In this document: in pieces, positions 49,258 through 59,853 of the stretch
Position numbering within the stretch: position 1 is the stretch's first letter
Layout: each line of letters opens with the position of its first letter
DNA from: Promethearchaeota archaeon
GTDB taxonomy: Archaea > Asgardarchaeota > Lokiarchaeia > Sigyniarchaeales > SOKP01
Length of the DNA: 64,000 bases
Direction: 5' to 3'
Assembly: GCA_048937405.1 (NCBI GenBank)
Contig: JBHLNF010000001.1
Coordinates: 384,001 to 448,000, forward strand
Notes under the pieces: generated by a model
Database searches by the model: none
Told to the model about the DNA's origin: nothing
Seen by the model: the letters and a program-made list of their open reading frames with translations, nothing else
Program-made: the position numbers and the translations under genes

Positions 49258-51576
49258 TTAAGAAAAAAAATCAAACCAAGATGTGTCTAGTAACCCAGTT
49301 CTTCTACTTTTATTTAGTTTAAGTACAAAAGGTTTAATTTTAGTCAATAAAATGTGTGGTTCATATTCCCAAGCACCCTTTTTATCAAAACTAACACAAA
49401 TTATATTTCCATCTGGAATCTGTAGAAATTCTTTTAACATCAGACCATAAAGTCCTACTTGAGGTAGAGAAGTAAAAAAAGAATAATCATCTGGCTTAAA
49501 ATCTACAACATATACAACATTACATCTGAATTGAATTAAATCAATGTGTCCTAATAGAAAAACATTATTTCGAACAGATTTCCAGATGGGAACTTCAATT
49601 GCATAACTATTCTCATCTTCATTTAGAATAACAGTAAGAATTGGTTTATGTCCTGGTTTTAGAAATCCATCTGCCTGATATTTTTTATATTCTTTCTGAG
49701 CGATTTTTGAAAGGGCATAATTTTGATTATAAATATGTAGTTCACCTTTTTCTTGTAGTTCTTTAATAAAAGGATTGATTATTGGAGCTTTCAAAGGTTC
49801 TTTATTCGAACCTTGGATACTATAATCAGAAGCACGTGGATTTGATGAATCATTAAAGGCATTCAGTGGTATTATATCACCTTCCATAATATCAGTGAAA
49901 AATTTATATAAATTACAATTCAGAAGGGAATTATTAAACTTATTGATTGAATGTTGTTCATCGTTCCATTTAAATGAATATTTTACACCTTGATGATAGA
50001 AATCTTTAACTTTTAAACTTTTCAATCTTTTTAAATCATTTTTTAACTCAATTTTATGATCAGAAATATTTTTTTCAATAAAATCATCAAATTTCTTAAA
50101 AATTTTAGGTTCAGTGAATTGAGAACCTCTTTTAACAAATTTAGCTAAATTTGCAACACTATCTCCCCCATATATATCTAATTTTTTTACAAAATCTAAA
50201 GGCTTTAAATCAGAATTTTTAAAAATTTTAAGTAAAAATTTTGTATCATGAGATGGATTCTGTTCTAATAATTCTTCAAAATCATTACTAGAATAATTGT
50301 GTTTTTTGATTTTTGGAATATGTTTAATAATATAAGAATAAATAGGGCTTCTATTTGTAGTTGCTGTACTATAATCCCAATTTTCACCAATTAATTCTTT
50401 TAGACTATCCCTCGTAACACAATCTTCAAAAATTTTATTTTGTTTTATTGAAAAATATAATAATGAGATTGCAATTAATTGTGGAAAAGTATATCTATTA
50501 CTTTGTGAATCTTTTTTAACTTTAAATCCATTTTTAATAGCGATATCAAATAGTTCTAATGCTTTACTTTTGGTTTCATTTTTTATTTGTGATTTGAAAT
50601 AATTTACTCTATTAGCTTTTAAAATATAATGATCCAAAAAATCTGATACCTTATCTCTAAAAGCTAATTGATCAATATAATAGTAATTATGGAGAATATA
50701 CATATAAATTGGAGAAAAAACTTTTTCAACAAGTTGGTAATTTTCAAAATTATTTATAATACTTAGAAAATCTCCCTGTTCTAAATTATTATTATTTTGA
50801 TATCGCAAATACAAATAACAAAAAGCAGCTGAGTAATATTTAGGATCCTTTGTTTCTGGAGCAGACTTATAAAACCTCTTTATCTTTTCACTAGTGTTTA
50901 CACATTGAATGTAATTTAGTCCATTTATAAATAATTCATCTACTTGGATGAGATTTTCTTCTAAATTTAGATTTTTTTTTATATCGTTTATGTAATAAAT
51001 AATATCATCAAAATAGTTCTCATAATTAGTTAATTTATAATTAATTATTGGTCTTGAAAGATTTTTATATTTAGGTAATTCACTAAGAAGTCTTACATAA
51101 TAATTTTTTGTACGAGAGAGATTGTCCTTCTGAAGATTTAATCGCACAGCAAGTTCTTTTACTTTTAATTTTTTTCCTATAAGATCTAATCCAATAAAAA
51201 TGAGAGAACATGCAGTATATTTAACATCCTTTATGGGTAAATTATAATATAAATTGTTAAATTGTTCAGATTCATCTAATCCAGAGTTATTTCTTAAACT
51301 GTCTTGAAAAATATTGAATAATTCCTTAACAGAAAATGTAGTATCTCCTTTGTTTTTTAATTTTTCTTTGAATTCTTTTAAAGTTTGGATTAAATCAAAT
51401 TCAAACATGTTTTTTTTAGAAAAAATAGTTTTGTTAGTAGGGGAAAGATTTTCCTGCAATTCATTGATTTGAGTATTAATGAGATTATTGTCAAAACATG
51501 AACTATTTTGAGAATTCTTAAAGCGCGAAGGATTTTTTGTACAAGTATATTTTTTTTTATTGTTATCATTTGTCAT
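49258..51576 (-). CDS. Large protein with TFIIB-like cyclin repeats and C-terminal PD-(D/E)XK nuclease
   Basis: IEVPIW...GHIDL...VVDFKP...QVGLYG (RecB/Cas4-like); cyclin-like segments KYTACSLIFI...KELA, PKYYSAAFCY, PQLIAISLLYF. Confidence 0.7.
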   Translation of the reverse strand: MTNDNNKKKYTCTKNPSRFKNSQNSSCFDNNLINTQINELQENLSPTNKTIFSKKNMFEFDLIQTLKEFKEKLKNKGDTTFSVKELFNIFQDSLRNNSGLDESEQFNNLYYNLPIKDVKYTACSLIFIGLDLIGKKLKVKELAVRLNLQKDNLSRTKNYYVRLLSELPKYKNLSRPIINYKLTNYENYFDDIIYYINDIKKNLNLEENLIQVDELFINGLNYIQCVNTSEKIKRFYKSAPETKDPKYYSAAFCYLYLRYQNNNNLEQGDFLSIINNFENYQLVEKVFSPIYMYILHNYYYIDQLAFRDKVSDFLDHYILKANRVNYFKSQIKNETKSKALELFDIAIKNGFKVKKDSQSNRYTFPQLIAISLLYFSIKQNKIFEDCVTRDSLKELIGENWDYSTATTNRSPIYSYIIKHIPKIKKHNYSSNDFEELLEQNPSHDTKFLLKIFKNSDLKPLDFVKKLDIYGGDSVANLAKFVKRGSQFTEPKIFKKFDDFIEKNISDHKIELKNDLKRLKSLKVKDFYHQGVKYSFKWNDEQHSINKFNNSLLNCNLYKFFTDIMEGDIIPLNAFNDSSNPRASDYSIQGSNKEPLKAPIINPFIKELQEKGELHIYNQNYALSKIAQKEYKKYQADGFLKPGHKPILTVILNEDENSYAIEVPIWKSVRNNVFLLGHIDLIQFRCNVVYVVDFKPDDYSFFTSLPQVGLYGLMLKEFLQIPDGNIICVSFDKKGAWEYEPHILLTKIKPFVLKLNKSRRTGLLDTSWFDFFS

Positions 51577-51766
51577 ATTGTAAATAATTCGTAGATATAT
51601 ATAAAATAAAAAAGTGATTCATTAATTTCTAATTTTCAACATTATTTTTTTTTTATTGGCTGTTTTCTCACAATTTTTATAATAAATAGGATATAAGTTT
51701 TTAATCTGATTTGAATTAATTATACGAAATAATAACAAAATCCTATTATAAAAAGGTGAACTTGAA

Positions 51767-52972
51767 ATCACTCATTTAGAATTAATGAAAGATATTTATT
51801 ATGTTGGTTATGTAGATTGGGAGGTAAGAAATTTTCATGGATATTCTACACACCGAGGTAGTAGTTATAATGCATATTTAGTTAAAGGAGAGAAAACTGT
51901 ACTCATTGATAATGTTAAACGACCATATTTTGATTATTTTCTAAAGAATATAAAAGATGTATGTGATCCTTCCGAAATTGACTATTTCATTACAAACCAT
52001 GTTGAGATGGATCATTCCGGGTCCTTTCCATTAATTATTAAATATCTTCCCAATGCTGAATTAATTGCATCTAAGAGAGGAGTTGAAATATTAAAAGCTC
52101 ATTTTCATGAAGAAGTTGATGAGGAGGTATTTAATAAAATTAGAGCTGTTGAGGAAGGGGATACTTTAGATATTGGGAATGGGAAAAAATTTACATTTGT
52201 GCCAATACCAATGATTCATTGGCCTGATTCTATGGTTTCTTTTATGACTGATGAGAATGGAAAGAACGTATTATTTTCAAATGATGCCTTTGGACAACAT
52301 TATGCAACTTCTAGACGTTGGGATGATGAAAATGATTTAGCTGAAGTATTCCAAGAAGCAGAAAAATACTATGCTAATATTCTACTTCATCTCTCTGGAT
52401 TAATAGCAAAGACATTACCTAAGGTGGGAGCATTACCAATTGAAATTATATGTCCTTCTCATGGTGTTTGTTGGAGAAAACATATCCCCGAGATATTGGA
52501 GAGATATACTAAATGGAGTAAAGGAGAAATAGATAATAATAGTGTGCTTATTATTTATGACACAATGTGGGAAAGTACAGCAAAAATTGCTAAAGCATTA
52601 ACCAATGAAATCAAACATCGAGGAATTCATGTAAAAAGGTACAGATTAACCACCGCAGATTATTCAGATGTAATAACAGAAGCCATGAAAGCAAAAGCCA
52701 TCTTAGTTGGTAGCCCAACTTTAAATAATGGATTGTATCCAACTGTAGCTGAATATTTATCATACCAAAAGGGATTAAAACCTATGAATAAGGTAGGATT
52801 AGCTTTTGGCTCTTATGGTTGGGGTGGCGGTGCTGTAAAAGAAATTGTTGAACAAATGAAGGCTGCTAAAATTGATGTAATGCAAGAAACAATAGAAATT
52901 AAATTTGTTCCAAGAATACAAGATTTAGATTTTAAAGAAATCGTCGATAAATTAGTAGAAAAGATGGGGTAA
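51767..52972 (+). CDS. fprA: Flavodiiron protein (FprA), possible ATC start
   Basis: GSSYNAYL, HVEMDH, HWPD, SNDAFGQH, PSHG, flavodoxin domain; first ATG is at 51785. Confidence 0.95.
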   Translation: MTHLELMKDIYYVGYVDWEVRNFHGYSTHRGSSYNAYLVKGEKTVLIDNVKRPYFDYFLKNIKDVCDPSEIDYFITNHVEMDHSGSFPLIIKYLPNAELIASKRGVEILKAHFHEEVDEEVFNKIRAVEEGDTLDIGNGKKFTFVPIPMIHWPDSMVSFMTDENGKNVLFSNDAFGQHYATSRRWDDENDLAEVFQEAEKYYANILLHLSGLIAKTLPKVGALPIEIICPSHGVCWRKHIPEILERYTKWSKGEIDNNSVLIIYDTMWESTAKIAKALTNEIKHRGIHVKRYRLTTADYSDVITEAMKAKAILVGSPTLNNGLYPTVAEYLSYQKGLKPMNKVGLAFGSYGWGGGAVKEIVEQMKAAKIDVMQETIEIKFVPRIQDLDFKEIVDKLVEKMG

Positions 52973-52987
52973 AAGGAGGCAGTTAAA

Positions 52988-54166
52988 ATGGAGTTTATGT
53001 TAACTGAAGAACAAAAGACTTTGCAGAAAAAAGCAAGAGAATTTGCAATTAATGAAGTATTACCTGTTGCTCGAAAATATGATGAATCTGAAGAATTTCC
53101 TTTGCCAGTCATTAAAAAAGCTTGGGAAGAAAAATTGTTAAATTTAGGGATCCCTAAAAAATATGGTGGTTCCGGTTTTGGGTTAATAGATTCCTGTATT
53201 GTTGTTGAGGAAATTTCCTCCGCATGTCCCGGAATTGCTACCTCAATCTTCGATAATAACCTTGGTGCTGAACCAATTGTAATTGGAGGAAATGAAGAAC
53301 AGAAACAAAGAATTTTAACTGAATTAATTAATGAATTTAAATTAATTGCTTTTGCTACTTCTGAACCTATGATGGGTTCTGACGTCGCTGGAATGAAATG
53401 CAAAGCAGAGAAGGATGGAGATGAGTATATTTTAAATGGCAATAAGTTTTGGATTACTAATGGGGGATATGCTGATTATATCACGGTATTTGCTACAGTA
53501 GATCCTGAAAAAAAGCATAAAGGTATTTGTGCTTTTATTGTAGATACCAAAAGTGAAGGCGTAAAATTGGGTAAGCATATTCCAAAATTAGGTCAAAGAT
53601 CATCAAATACCGTATCAGTAGGACTCAAAAATGTAAGGATTCCTGAAGAAAATGTTCTTGCCAAACCAGGAAGAGGATTCGTTTTAGCCATGCAAACATT
53701 TGCCCATACTCGACCCGCCATTGGAGCATTTGCAGTAGGATGTGCTCGTTCCGCAATGGAGTATTCTATTGATTATGCCCAAAAAAGAGAAGCTTTTGGA
53801 AGACCAATTGGAAATTATCAAGCAATTCAAGAAAAAATAGCTAATATGTATAAAGACATTGAAGCTGCACGGTTATTAACATATAAAGCAGCTTGGGAAG
53901 CTGATCAAGGCATGGATAATAATTTGAGTTCCTCTATTGCCAAAGCTTTCGCTTCAGACGTTGTTATGAATGTTACAACAGAAGCAATCCAAATTTTTGG
54001 AGGTTATGGATATCTGAGAACATATCCCGTAGAAAAACTATTTAGAGATGCTAAATTATACCAAATATATGAGGGTACGAGTGAAATTCAGAGAATTGTT
54101 ATTTCTCGATTTGTTATGAAACAATATGAGCATGCAATGCCATTTCTTGGAAAAAAAAGAAATTAA
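52988..54166 (+). CDS. Acyl-CoA dehydrogenase
   Basis: SEPMMGSD, NGNKFWITN, QIFGGYGY, IYEGTSEIQR. Confidence 0.95.
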   Translation: MEFMLTEEQKTLQKKAREFAINEVLPVARKYDESEEFPLPVIKKAWEEKLLNLGIPKKYGGSGFGLIDSCIVVEEISSACPGIATSIFDNNLGAEPIVIGGNEEQKQRILTELINEFKLIAFATSEPMMGSDVAGMKCKAEKDGDEYILNGNKFWITNGGYADYITVFATVDPEKKHKGICAFIVDTKSEGVKLGKHIPKLGQRSSNTVSVGLKNVRIPEENVLAKPGRGFVLAMQTFAHTRPAIGAFAVGCARSAMEYSIDYAQKREAFGRPIGNYQAIQEKIANMYKDIEAARLLTYKAAWEADQGMDNNLSSSIAKAFASDVVMNVTTEAIQIFGGYGYLRTYPVEKLFRDAKLYQIYEGTSEIQRIVISRFVMKQYEHAMPFLGKKRN

Positions 54167-54230
54167 GAACAATCTAACTATATTATTTTTATTCTTTATT
54201 TGGGAAAAAATTAATAAGATAAATCGATAA

Positions 54231-54548
54231 TTATTTCTTCTTAGGGGTAAAAAATTTAGTAATCAAATTATAGAATTCATTCAATGCTTCCTTTCCTCTA
54301 AGAGTAGTCTGATACATAATACTACTATCATTTTCTTTTTCGATAGTCCGTAATAGATTACGTTCTATAAGAAATAGGAGATATTCTTTACATAAACTGG
54401 TTCTTAAATGTAATTTTTGTAAAATTTTACTAAGATGACAAGGTTCTCGGGAACATAAATCCAAAATTTGGGCCCAAATTTCATATTTATTTCTACGACT
54501 TGTGACTGAATTAATTTCATCATGGATTGTTTTTTTCATCATTATCAT
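54231..54548 (-). CDS. Winged-helix DNA-binding protein
   Basis: RRNKYEIWAQIL...YQTTLRGKEAL. Confidence 0.8.
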   Translation of the reverse strand: MIMMKKTIHDEINSVTSRRNKYEIWAQILDLCSREPCHLSKILQKLHLRTSLCKEYLLFLIERNLLRTIEKENDSSIMYQTTLRGKEALNEFYNLITKFFTPKKK

Positions 54549-54560
54549 GTAAATTTAATT

Positions 54561-55472
54561 TTAATATGTTTCATTTCTCTGTCCACAATATATACAGAAT
54601 TTAGCATTTAGTTCTAATAATTTGCCACAGTTTACACAATATCTATCATTTGGAAATCCCAAATTATTAAAATCTTTATCTAACAATGCCATATATCCTT
54701 CTTTTGGTATTATATCATATTTATCTAATAAATCCCCCCAAGCATTTAATTCATGATATCCTTTTAACCATTTATTAGTATATCTTAAAATTAAATAGGT
54801 TAAAATACTATGAGAAACCATTAAAATATTAGCAAATAACAAAAAAGGATGATCTATTGTATAGTATATGAAATCTAATACACCAGAAACACTTAAACGA
54901 TGAAAAAAACTCATATAAACAATTGCTGTCCAATATATTATGTCATATATTAAAAAATTCCTTTCATCTTTAAAAATTATTCTCATTTTTTCATCCATTG
55001 ATTTCTCAGTATCTTGACGCAGTTTCCTAACATTCCAAATTTTTTTACCTAATCTAAATTTAGATGTATATATCTTGATCATCAGCAAGAGTTCTTCAGA
55101 AAGGTAATTTAAATTCTGTTTTTCTTTTAAAGAATATTCACGATGAATATCAATTGTTTCGGCAATATATCTAATTAAAATATATAATAAAAAAATTACA
55201 AGTCCAATGAAACTAAATAATAAAATTAAAAATAATCTGGGGTAATATGGGAAGGGGAATAATAAAAGGAATAAGAAAATAAGGGATGATATCCCCATCA
55301 TCGCAGATATTTGCTGAAATACTAAAAATATTTGAGTCTTACGGATTCGTCTTAAGAGAAGATTATGATTTTTCTTTAATTTTTCATCAATTTCATCAGG
55401 AATTCCAATATGGGATTTCATATGTAAAATATAAATTTTATGCATATAAACAGATATGGAACTAAGTTCCAA
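54561..55472 (-). CDS. Membrane protein with C-terminal zinc ribbon
   Basis: 4 TM; YCVNCG...KFCIYCG; start uncertain. Confidence 0.75.
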   Translation of the reverse strand: MELSSISVYMHKIYILHMKSHIGIPDEIDEKLKKNHNLLLRRIRKTQIFLVFQQISAMMGISSLIFLFLLLFPFPYYPRLFLILLFSFIGLVIFLLYILIRYIAETIDIHREYSLKEKQNLNYLSEELLLMIKIYTSKFRLGKKIWNVRKLRQDTEKSMDEKMRIIFKDERNFLIYDIIYWTAIVYMSFFHRLSVSGVLDFIYYTIDHPFLLFANILMVSHSILTYLILRYTNKWLKGYHELNAWGDLLDKYDIIPKEGYMALLDKDFNNLGFPNDRYCVNCGKLLELNAKFCIYCGQRNETY

Positions 55473-55571
55473 TTTATTTTTACTTTAGGAATTATTTAAA
55501 TTCTATATGTTCTCATCCATTTATAGACTTTTTCTAATAAAGAGATATTGTTGGCTCTAAATTTGTTTGTT

Positions 55572-56039
55572 TTACTCATTCAATTTTTTCTTTTTAAGAA
55601 AATCATAATAAGTTTTATTATATTTACGTTGGCATAAATTATCACAAAATATTTGAAAGTTGTGGTCTAGCCAGAGTTTCCTCAACTCGTGAATTTTTAA
55701 ATAATTATGAATTTTACTAAACTTGTAAATATCTATTGGAGATCCGCAGAATAAACAATTTCTTTCCTTTAATTCTTGCTCAATCTTTTTTAATTCATGA
55801 ATTTTAAGAAACCTAAAACATTCACAACAATGGAACTCTAAAAAAGGAGTTTGCCATAATTTTAAAATATATTCAGGAGTAAAATTAACATTGTCGCTAA
55901 GAAAGTCATAAATATTGAGATCTTTCTTACAGTTCCAACATGTCCTTTTCTTAAAGTATTTTTCCGCTTTAATTAAATCCCTTAGCTTTTGAATTTTATC
56001 CCATAGACTAGCATTATTCAACTTTTTTAAGAACATCAA
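55572..56039 (-). CDS. Cys-rich protein with two internal zinc-binding-like repeats
   Basis: CWNC..LNIYDF...LW...FHCCEC and CLFC..IDIYKF...LW...IFCDNLC. Confidence 0.7.
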   Translation of the reverse strand: MMFLKKLNNASLWDKIQKLRDLIKAEKYFKKRTCWNCKKDLNIYDFLSDNVNFTPEYILKLWQTPFLEFHCCECFRFLKIHELKKIEQELKERNCLFCGSPIDIYKFSKIHNYLKIHELRKLWLDHNFQIFCDNLCQRKYNKTYYDFLKKKKLNE

Positions 56040-56157
56040 ACGTTCCTCAAATTTATTCTTATATCTAATTATAATAGATTAGTATTATTCCAACTTTTTA
56101 TAATGATCGTTTGTAATAAGTAATTGCTAAATTAATCGATTATTTTTTTTTTATCTC

Positions 56158-56703
56158 CTACATCTTTAGGATTTTTTTTGCTGCTAATAAGAAATTTTCA
56201 CATATTAAAGTTGGTTTTATTCCAAAAGACTCTAAATCGTTTATATGTTCATTACCATGTCCAGTTCTGAGAAATACTGTTTTACTACCTGCGTTTATCC
56301 CAAATTCTATATCTAAAGGATGATCTCCAATCATCCATGATCTAGTGATATCCACGTTAAATTCACTAATGATTTCTTTAGCAAATTTAGTCTTAGGTTT
56401 TCGACATTCGCAATTATGCTCTTTTAAATGAGGACAGAAATAAGTTTCAAGAATGTTAATTTTTTCTTTTTTTAATATCTCCAATAAATGATTATTAAAC
56501 TTATGAAAATCTTGAGTGGTATAAAATCCTCTTCCTATACCTGATTGATTAGTTACAATAAAAAAAAGAAATTGATTACTAAGTAATTTTAATCCTTCGA
56601 TGACTCCCAGTAATAGTTTAAAATCTTTAATTTGATAAGCGTAATTCTTATCTTCAATTAAAGTACCATCTCTATCTAAAATAATAACTTTATTTTTAAC
56701 CAT
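56158..56703 (-). CDS. HAD-IIIA phosphatase (GmhB/HisB-N type)
   Basis: LDRDGT, VTNQSG, CPH...CECRKP, MIGD. Confidence 0.9.
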   Translation of the reverse strand: MVKNKVIILDRDGTLIEDKNYAYQIKDFKLLLGVIEGLKLLSNQFLFFIVTNQSGIGRGFYTTQDFHKFNNHLLEILKKEKINILETYFCPHLKEHNCECRKPKTKFAKEIISEFNVDITRSWMIGDHPLDIEFGINAGSKTVFLRTGHGNEHINDLESFGIKPTLICENFLLAAKKILKM

Positions 56704-56748
56704 CTCTAATTACCTCAATCTAACTCCAAAATAAATTAAGAAATTTAT

Positions 56749-58104
56749 TTAGAAAAATAAGAAAGTAATTATAGCTAAATACCCAATTCCCAATAAAATA
56801 TGGAATAATGCAAATAAACCTCCGATTTTTAATAATCTCTTATAATTCATACCATCAACACAATATTTAGTAGAGAGTTCTAAAGTCATCATATCTGCTG
56901 CAGATCCTTGAGGTAAAAAATTACCTCCTAAATTAATACCTAATATAAATGCAATTAAGAGAGGTGCAGCTGAAAAGTCTAAAGAAACTAATAGCTGTAT
57001 AACAGGAATGAAAATTACAGTAACAGGTACATTATCAAGAAATCCAGAAAGAATAGATGTGATAATTAAAATTAAAATTGATAATAAGAAAATATGCTCT
57101 GGGGCTATAAAATTTATAAAATCTTCAATTATTCCTATAACTCCAGAAACTTCAAAACAATAAACTAATACAAATAAACATATAAAGAAGAATATTAGTT
57201 TAAAATCTACTTCTTTGAGATAGTGGGAGATATCTGGTTGTTTCTTACCAGATTCTTTCATTCGAGGATTAATGAAAACAAATATAAGCATTCCTAAAAG
57301 TCCTACAAAAAGAATATTTGGAATTATAATTAATAAAGAGAAGAAGATCAATAAAGCGATTAAATTTTTATAAAATACTTTAGATTTTATTGGTTTCTCC
57401 ATAATTATTAATTCATGCACTTCCACAGTTTCTTGATTGAGAGGCTCTTCATATTCCGAACAATGTGGAACCCAGATCTCCTGTAAATGCTTCCTTAAGA
57501 AAAATCTGTCTAATAAAAATAAAGTTATAATAACCGCAATAATAAAATATAGTCCTAAATTAAGGAAAAACCAGGTTGTTGTTAGTTGAAATTTATCTGC
57601 AATTAAAATATTTTGAGCTGATCCAAATGGAGTCAATGTAGCTGCCAAATTAATACATATTGTCATTCCCATTAATATCGGAGTAGGATTTATCTTTAAC
57701 TTCTCTGAAGTGCTTATTATCATAGGAATAAAAATAATAGCGACTGAAATATCTTCGATAAAAGCGGCACTAAGTGTTGAAATCAAACATATTACCCAAA
57801 AAAATTGACGCGTATTAGTGCTATACTTGTTGGTTATTCGCAATGCAATTTCATTGAAAATACGTTTATCCTCTAAAATTGCTACGATTGTAAACATTGA
57901 AATTAAGAAAAAAATTACAGTCCAGTCTATTGCTTGAAAAAAATCTTCAAGAGATATTGGAATTGGTGAAAAGAAATATGTTGCTGTAGCTGCTGCCAAC
58001 ATGGAAGCTAAACTATACGCTAAAAAATCTGTTTTCTCACGAAAAAGAGCAATTATTACTATAATAAAGCAGAAAACTATGAATAATTGTAAAATGTAAT
58101 TCAT
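56749..58104 (-). CDS. ArsB/NhaD/SLC13-type ion transporter
   Basis: LTPFGSAQN, SGFLDNVP, NLGGNFLPQGSAA. Confidence 0.88.
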   Translation of the reverse strand: MNYILQLFIVFCFIIVIIALFREKTDFLAYSLASMLAAATATYFFSPIPISLEDFFQAIDWTVIFFLISMFTIVAILEDKRIFNEIALRITNKYSTNTRQFFWVICLISTLSAAFIEDISVAIIFIPMIISTSEKLKINPTPILMGMTICINLAATLTPFGSAQNILIADKFQLTTTWFFLNLGLYFIIAVIITLFLLDRFFLRKHLQEIWVPHCSEYEEPLNQETVEVHELIIMEKPIKSKVFYKNLIALLIFFSLLIIIPNILFVGLLGMLIFVFINPRMKESGKKQPDISHYLKEVDFKLIFFFICLFVLVYCFEVSGVIGIIEDFINFIAPEHIFLLSILILIITSILSGFLDNVPVTVIFIPVIQLLVSLDFSAAPLLIAFILGINLGGNFLPQGSAADMMTLELSTKYCVDGMNYKRLLKIGGLFALFHILLGIGYLAIITFLFF

Positions 58105-58225
58105 TGTTCTTCTTTAATAGGGTTCTTTTATTTCACTGATACTAATAAAAGTAGTTTAAAATCTTAATAATCCATTATTTTAAAATATTTAAAAAAAAAT
58201 AAAAATAAAATATTAAATTTCAAGT

Positions 58226-58612
58226 TTAACTTTTCCATAAAAAGTGTAGATTACAATATTCTCTCGCCCAGAGACCTTCTGAATTAGCAACAGTAAAAGT
58301 TGCCTTAGGCTCCATACCAGGCTTTAAGAATCTTCTTTCGTAGCAACCATCTTTACAAATTATTTCAATCCACATTATATAATGCTCATCGGTCATTGGA
58401 TGAGGTGTTCCCATTGATATTCCTACATCTACAGTAACTTTATCACCCTCAATAGTAATTTTAGGCACATGTTTTTCCGTTTTCCAATCAGTAGTTTGTT
58501 CCTCCATAAGTTTCATTGGTTGTCCACAACAGATAGTTTCTAGAGATGCTGGATTTAATATTTCGATAACTTTTCCGCATACACTACATCTATATATTTC
58601 TTTTTGTTTCAT
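58226..58612 (-). CDS. dfx: Desulfoferrodoxin (2Fe superoxide reductase)
   Basis: CSVCG...CCG, EKHVP, HPM..EHYI.WI, YCNLH. Confidence 0.93.
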   Translation of the reverse strand: MKQKEIYRCSVCGKVIEILNPASLETICCGQPMKLMEEQTTDWKTEKHVPKITIEGDKVTVDVGISMGTPHPMTDEHYIMWIEIICKDGCYERRFLKPGMEPKATFTVANSEGLWAREYCNLHFLWKS

Positions 58613-58701
58613 AATAATTTCACGTATTCTATTTCTGTCTTTAAATCATATATATTAATTTTTAAAAATTATGCTTTTAAATTAAAAATTCATAACTTCT
58701 T

Positions 58702-59292
58702 TTAGAAATCTTCGCATTTCTTTCTATAATATTCCCGAGGATGATCACAGGATGGACATATGAAATCTTTTGGTAACTCATCCATTTCTACTTCATAGCC
58801 ACACTCCATACAGACCCATACAATTTTCTTTCCACGTTTAAAGAAAGCATCATCACCAACTAATTTTAAGAGCTTTCCATATCGTTCTGAATGGTGTTTC
58901 TCAGCTTTTATAATTGCCTTTACTCTTTTAGCAATGTCAGGATATCCTTCTTTCTCAGCAGTTTCAACTATATCGGGATAAAGGGTTTGCCATTCCATAT
59001 TCTCTCCTGCTATAGCAGATTTAAGGTTTTCAATCGTAGTTCCTAGGGTTGTTGGAAATTCAGCATCAGGAAGGACTTTCATTTCATCAAAATCTTCTTC
59101 TTTCTTAAACTGTTGGAGCATCTTATAAAACCAGCTACCATGTTCCTTTTCTTGATCTGAGGTTTCATCAAAAATTTTTGATACTAGTACGTATCCATCC
59201 TTCTTTGCAACTTTAGAAAAGTAATTATATCGATTTCTGGCTTGTGATTCACCAACATATGCGGTGTATAATTTTTTAGGTGTTTCTTTCAT
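58702..59292 (-). CDS. rbr: Rubrerythrin
   Basis: GESQARNRY, EKEH, GE..E, EKHH, CMECG...CPSC. Confidence 0.94.
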   Translation of the reverse strand: MKETPKKLYTAYVGESQARNRYNYFSKVAKKDGYVLVSKIFDETSDQEKEHGSWFYKMLQQFKKEEDFDEMKVLPDAEFPTTLGTTIENLKSAIAGENMEWQTLYPDIVETAEKEGYPDIAKRVKAIIKAEKHHSERYGKLLKLVGDDAFFKRGKKIVWVCMECGYEVEMDELPKDFICPSCDHPREYYRKKCEDF

Positions 59293-59484
59293 AATTTTTA
59301 ACCTCCATTTTAAATTGGAAATTCGTAATGTTTGAATATCTTTGAATTAAACTTATTTTGCCTATTTTAAAACTTTTTTACTTATAATTTAAAGAAAAAT
59401 CTTATGGAAAAACTTGGGAAAATATTTAAATCATTGATAAAAGTGTTTAACTAAAATAATTGTTTTCAATCATTTTTAATCATA

Positions 59485-59814
59485 ATGTCGATAATTTTAT
59501 CAAATAAATCTGAAGAATATCTACGGAAGAGTATAACTTCTAATTTTATTGTTGATATTATGTTTATTGAGGAAGCATGTACTCAAATTTATAATCCAAC
59601 GATAGAATATATTAAAGATGTGGATTTAGAAAATTATAAGGATTATGAAAAAGTATCTAATGAGAATTTGATATTATATTTGTCTGATTGGTTTATTAAA
59701 ATTTACGGAAAATTGGAAGAATATCATTTAGATGTGGGGGGATTTTTTAAAAAAAAATTAACAATTACAAACATAGATCCAATTATTAAAAATACTTGTA
59801 GAATTGATAAATAA
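59485..59814 (+). CDS. Hypothetical protein, possibly HesB-like
   Basis: 109 aa; layout loosely resembles HesB-like proteins; upstream of TlpA/CcdA genes. Confidence 0.45.
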   Translation: MSIILSNKSEEYLRKSITSNFIVDIMFIEEACTQIYNPTIEYIKDVDLENYKDYEKVSNENLILYLSDWFIKIYGKLEEYHLDVGGFFKKKLTITNIDPIIKNTCRIDK

Positions 59815-59853
59815 ACAGGAAAAGAACTCTTTTTATAATTGTTGATAAAATTT

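Noticed and set aside
52813-53442. 209-aa antisense ORF and other short overlapping ORFs in the track (e.g. 1117, 15902, 25363, 44782, 61577)
   Set aside because: Shadows of well-supported genes on the opposite strand or frame, with no motifs of their own.
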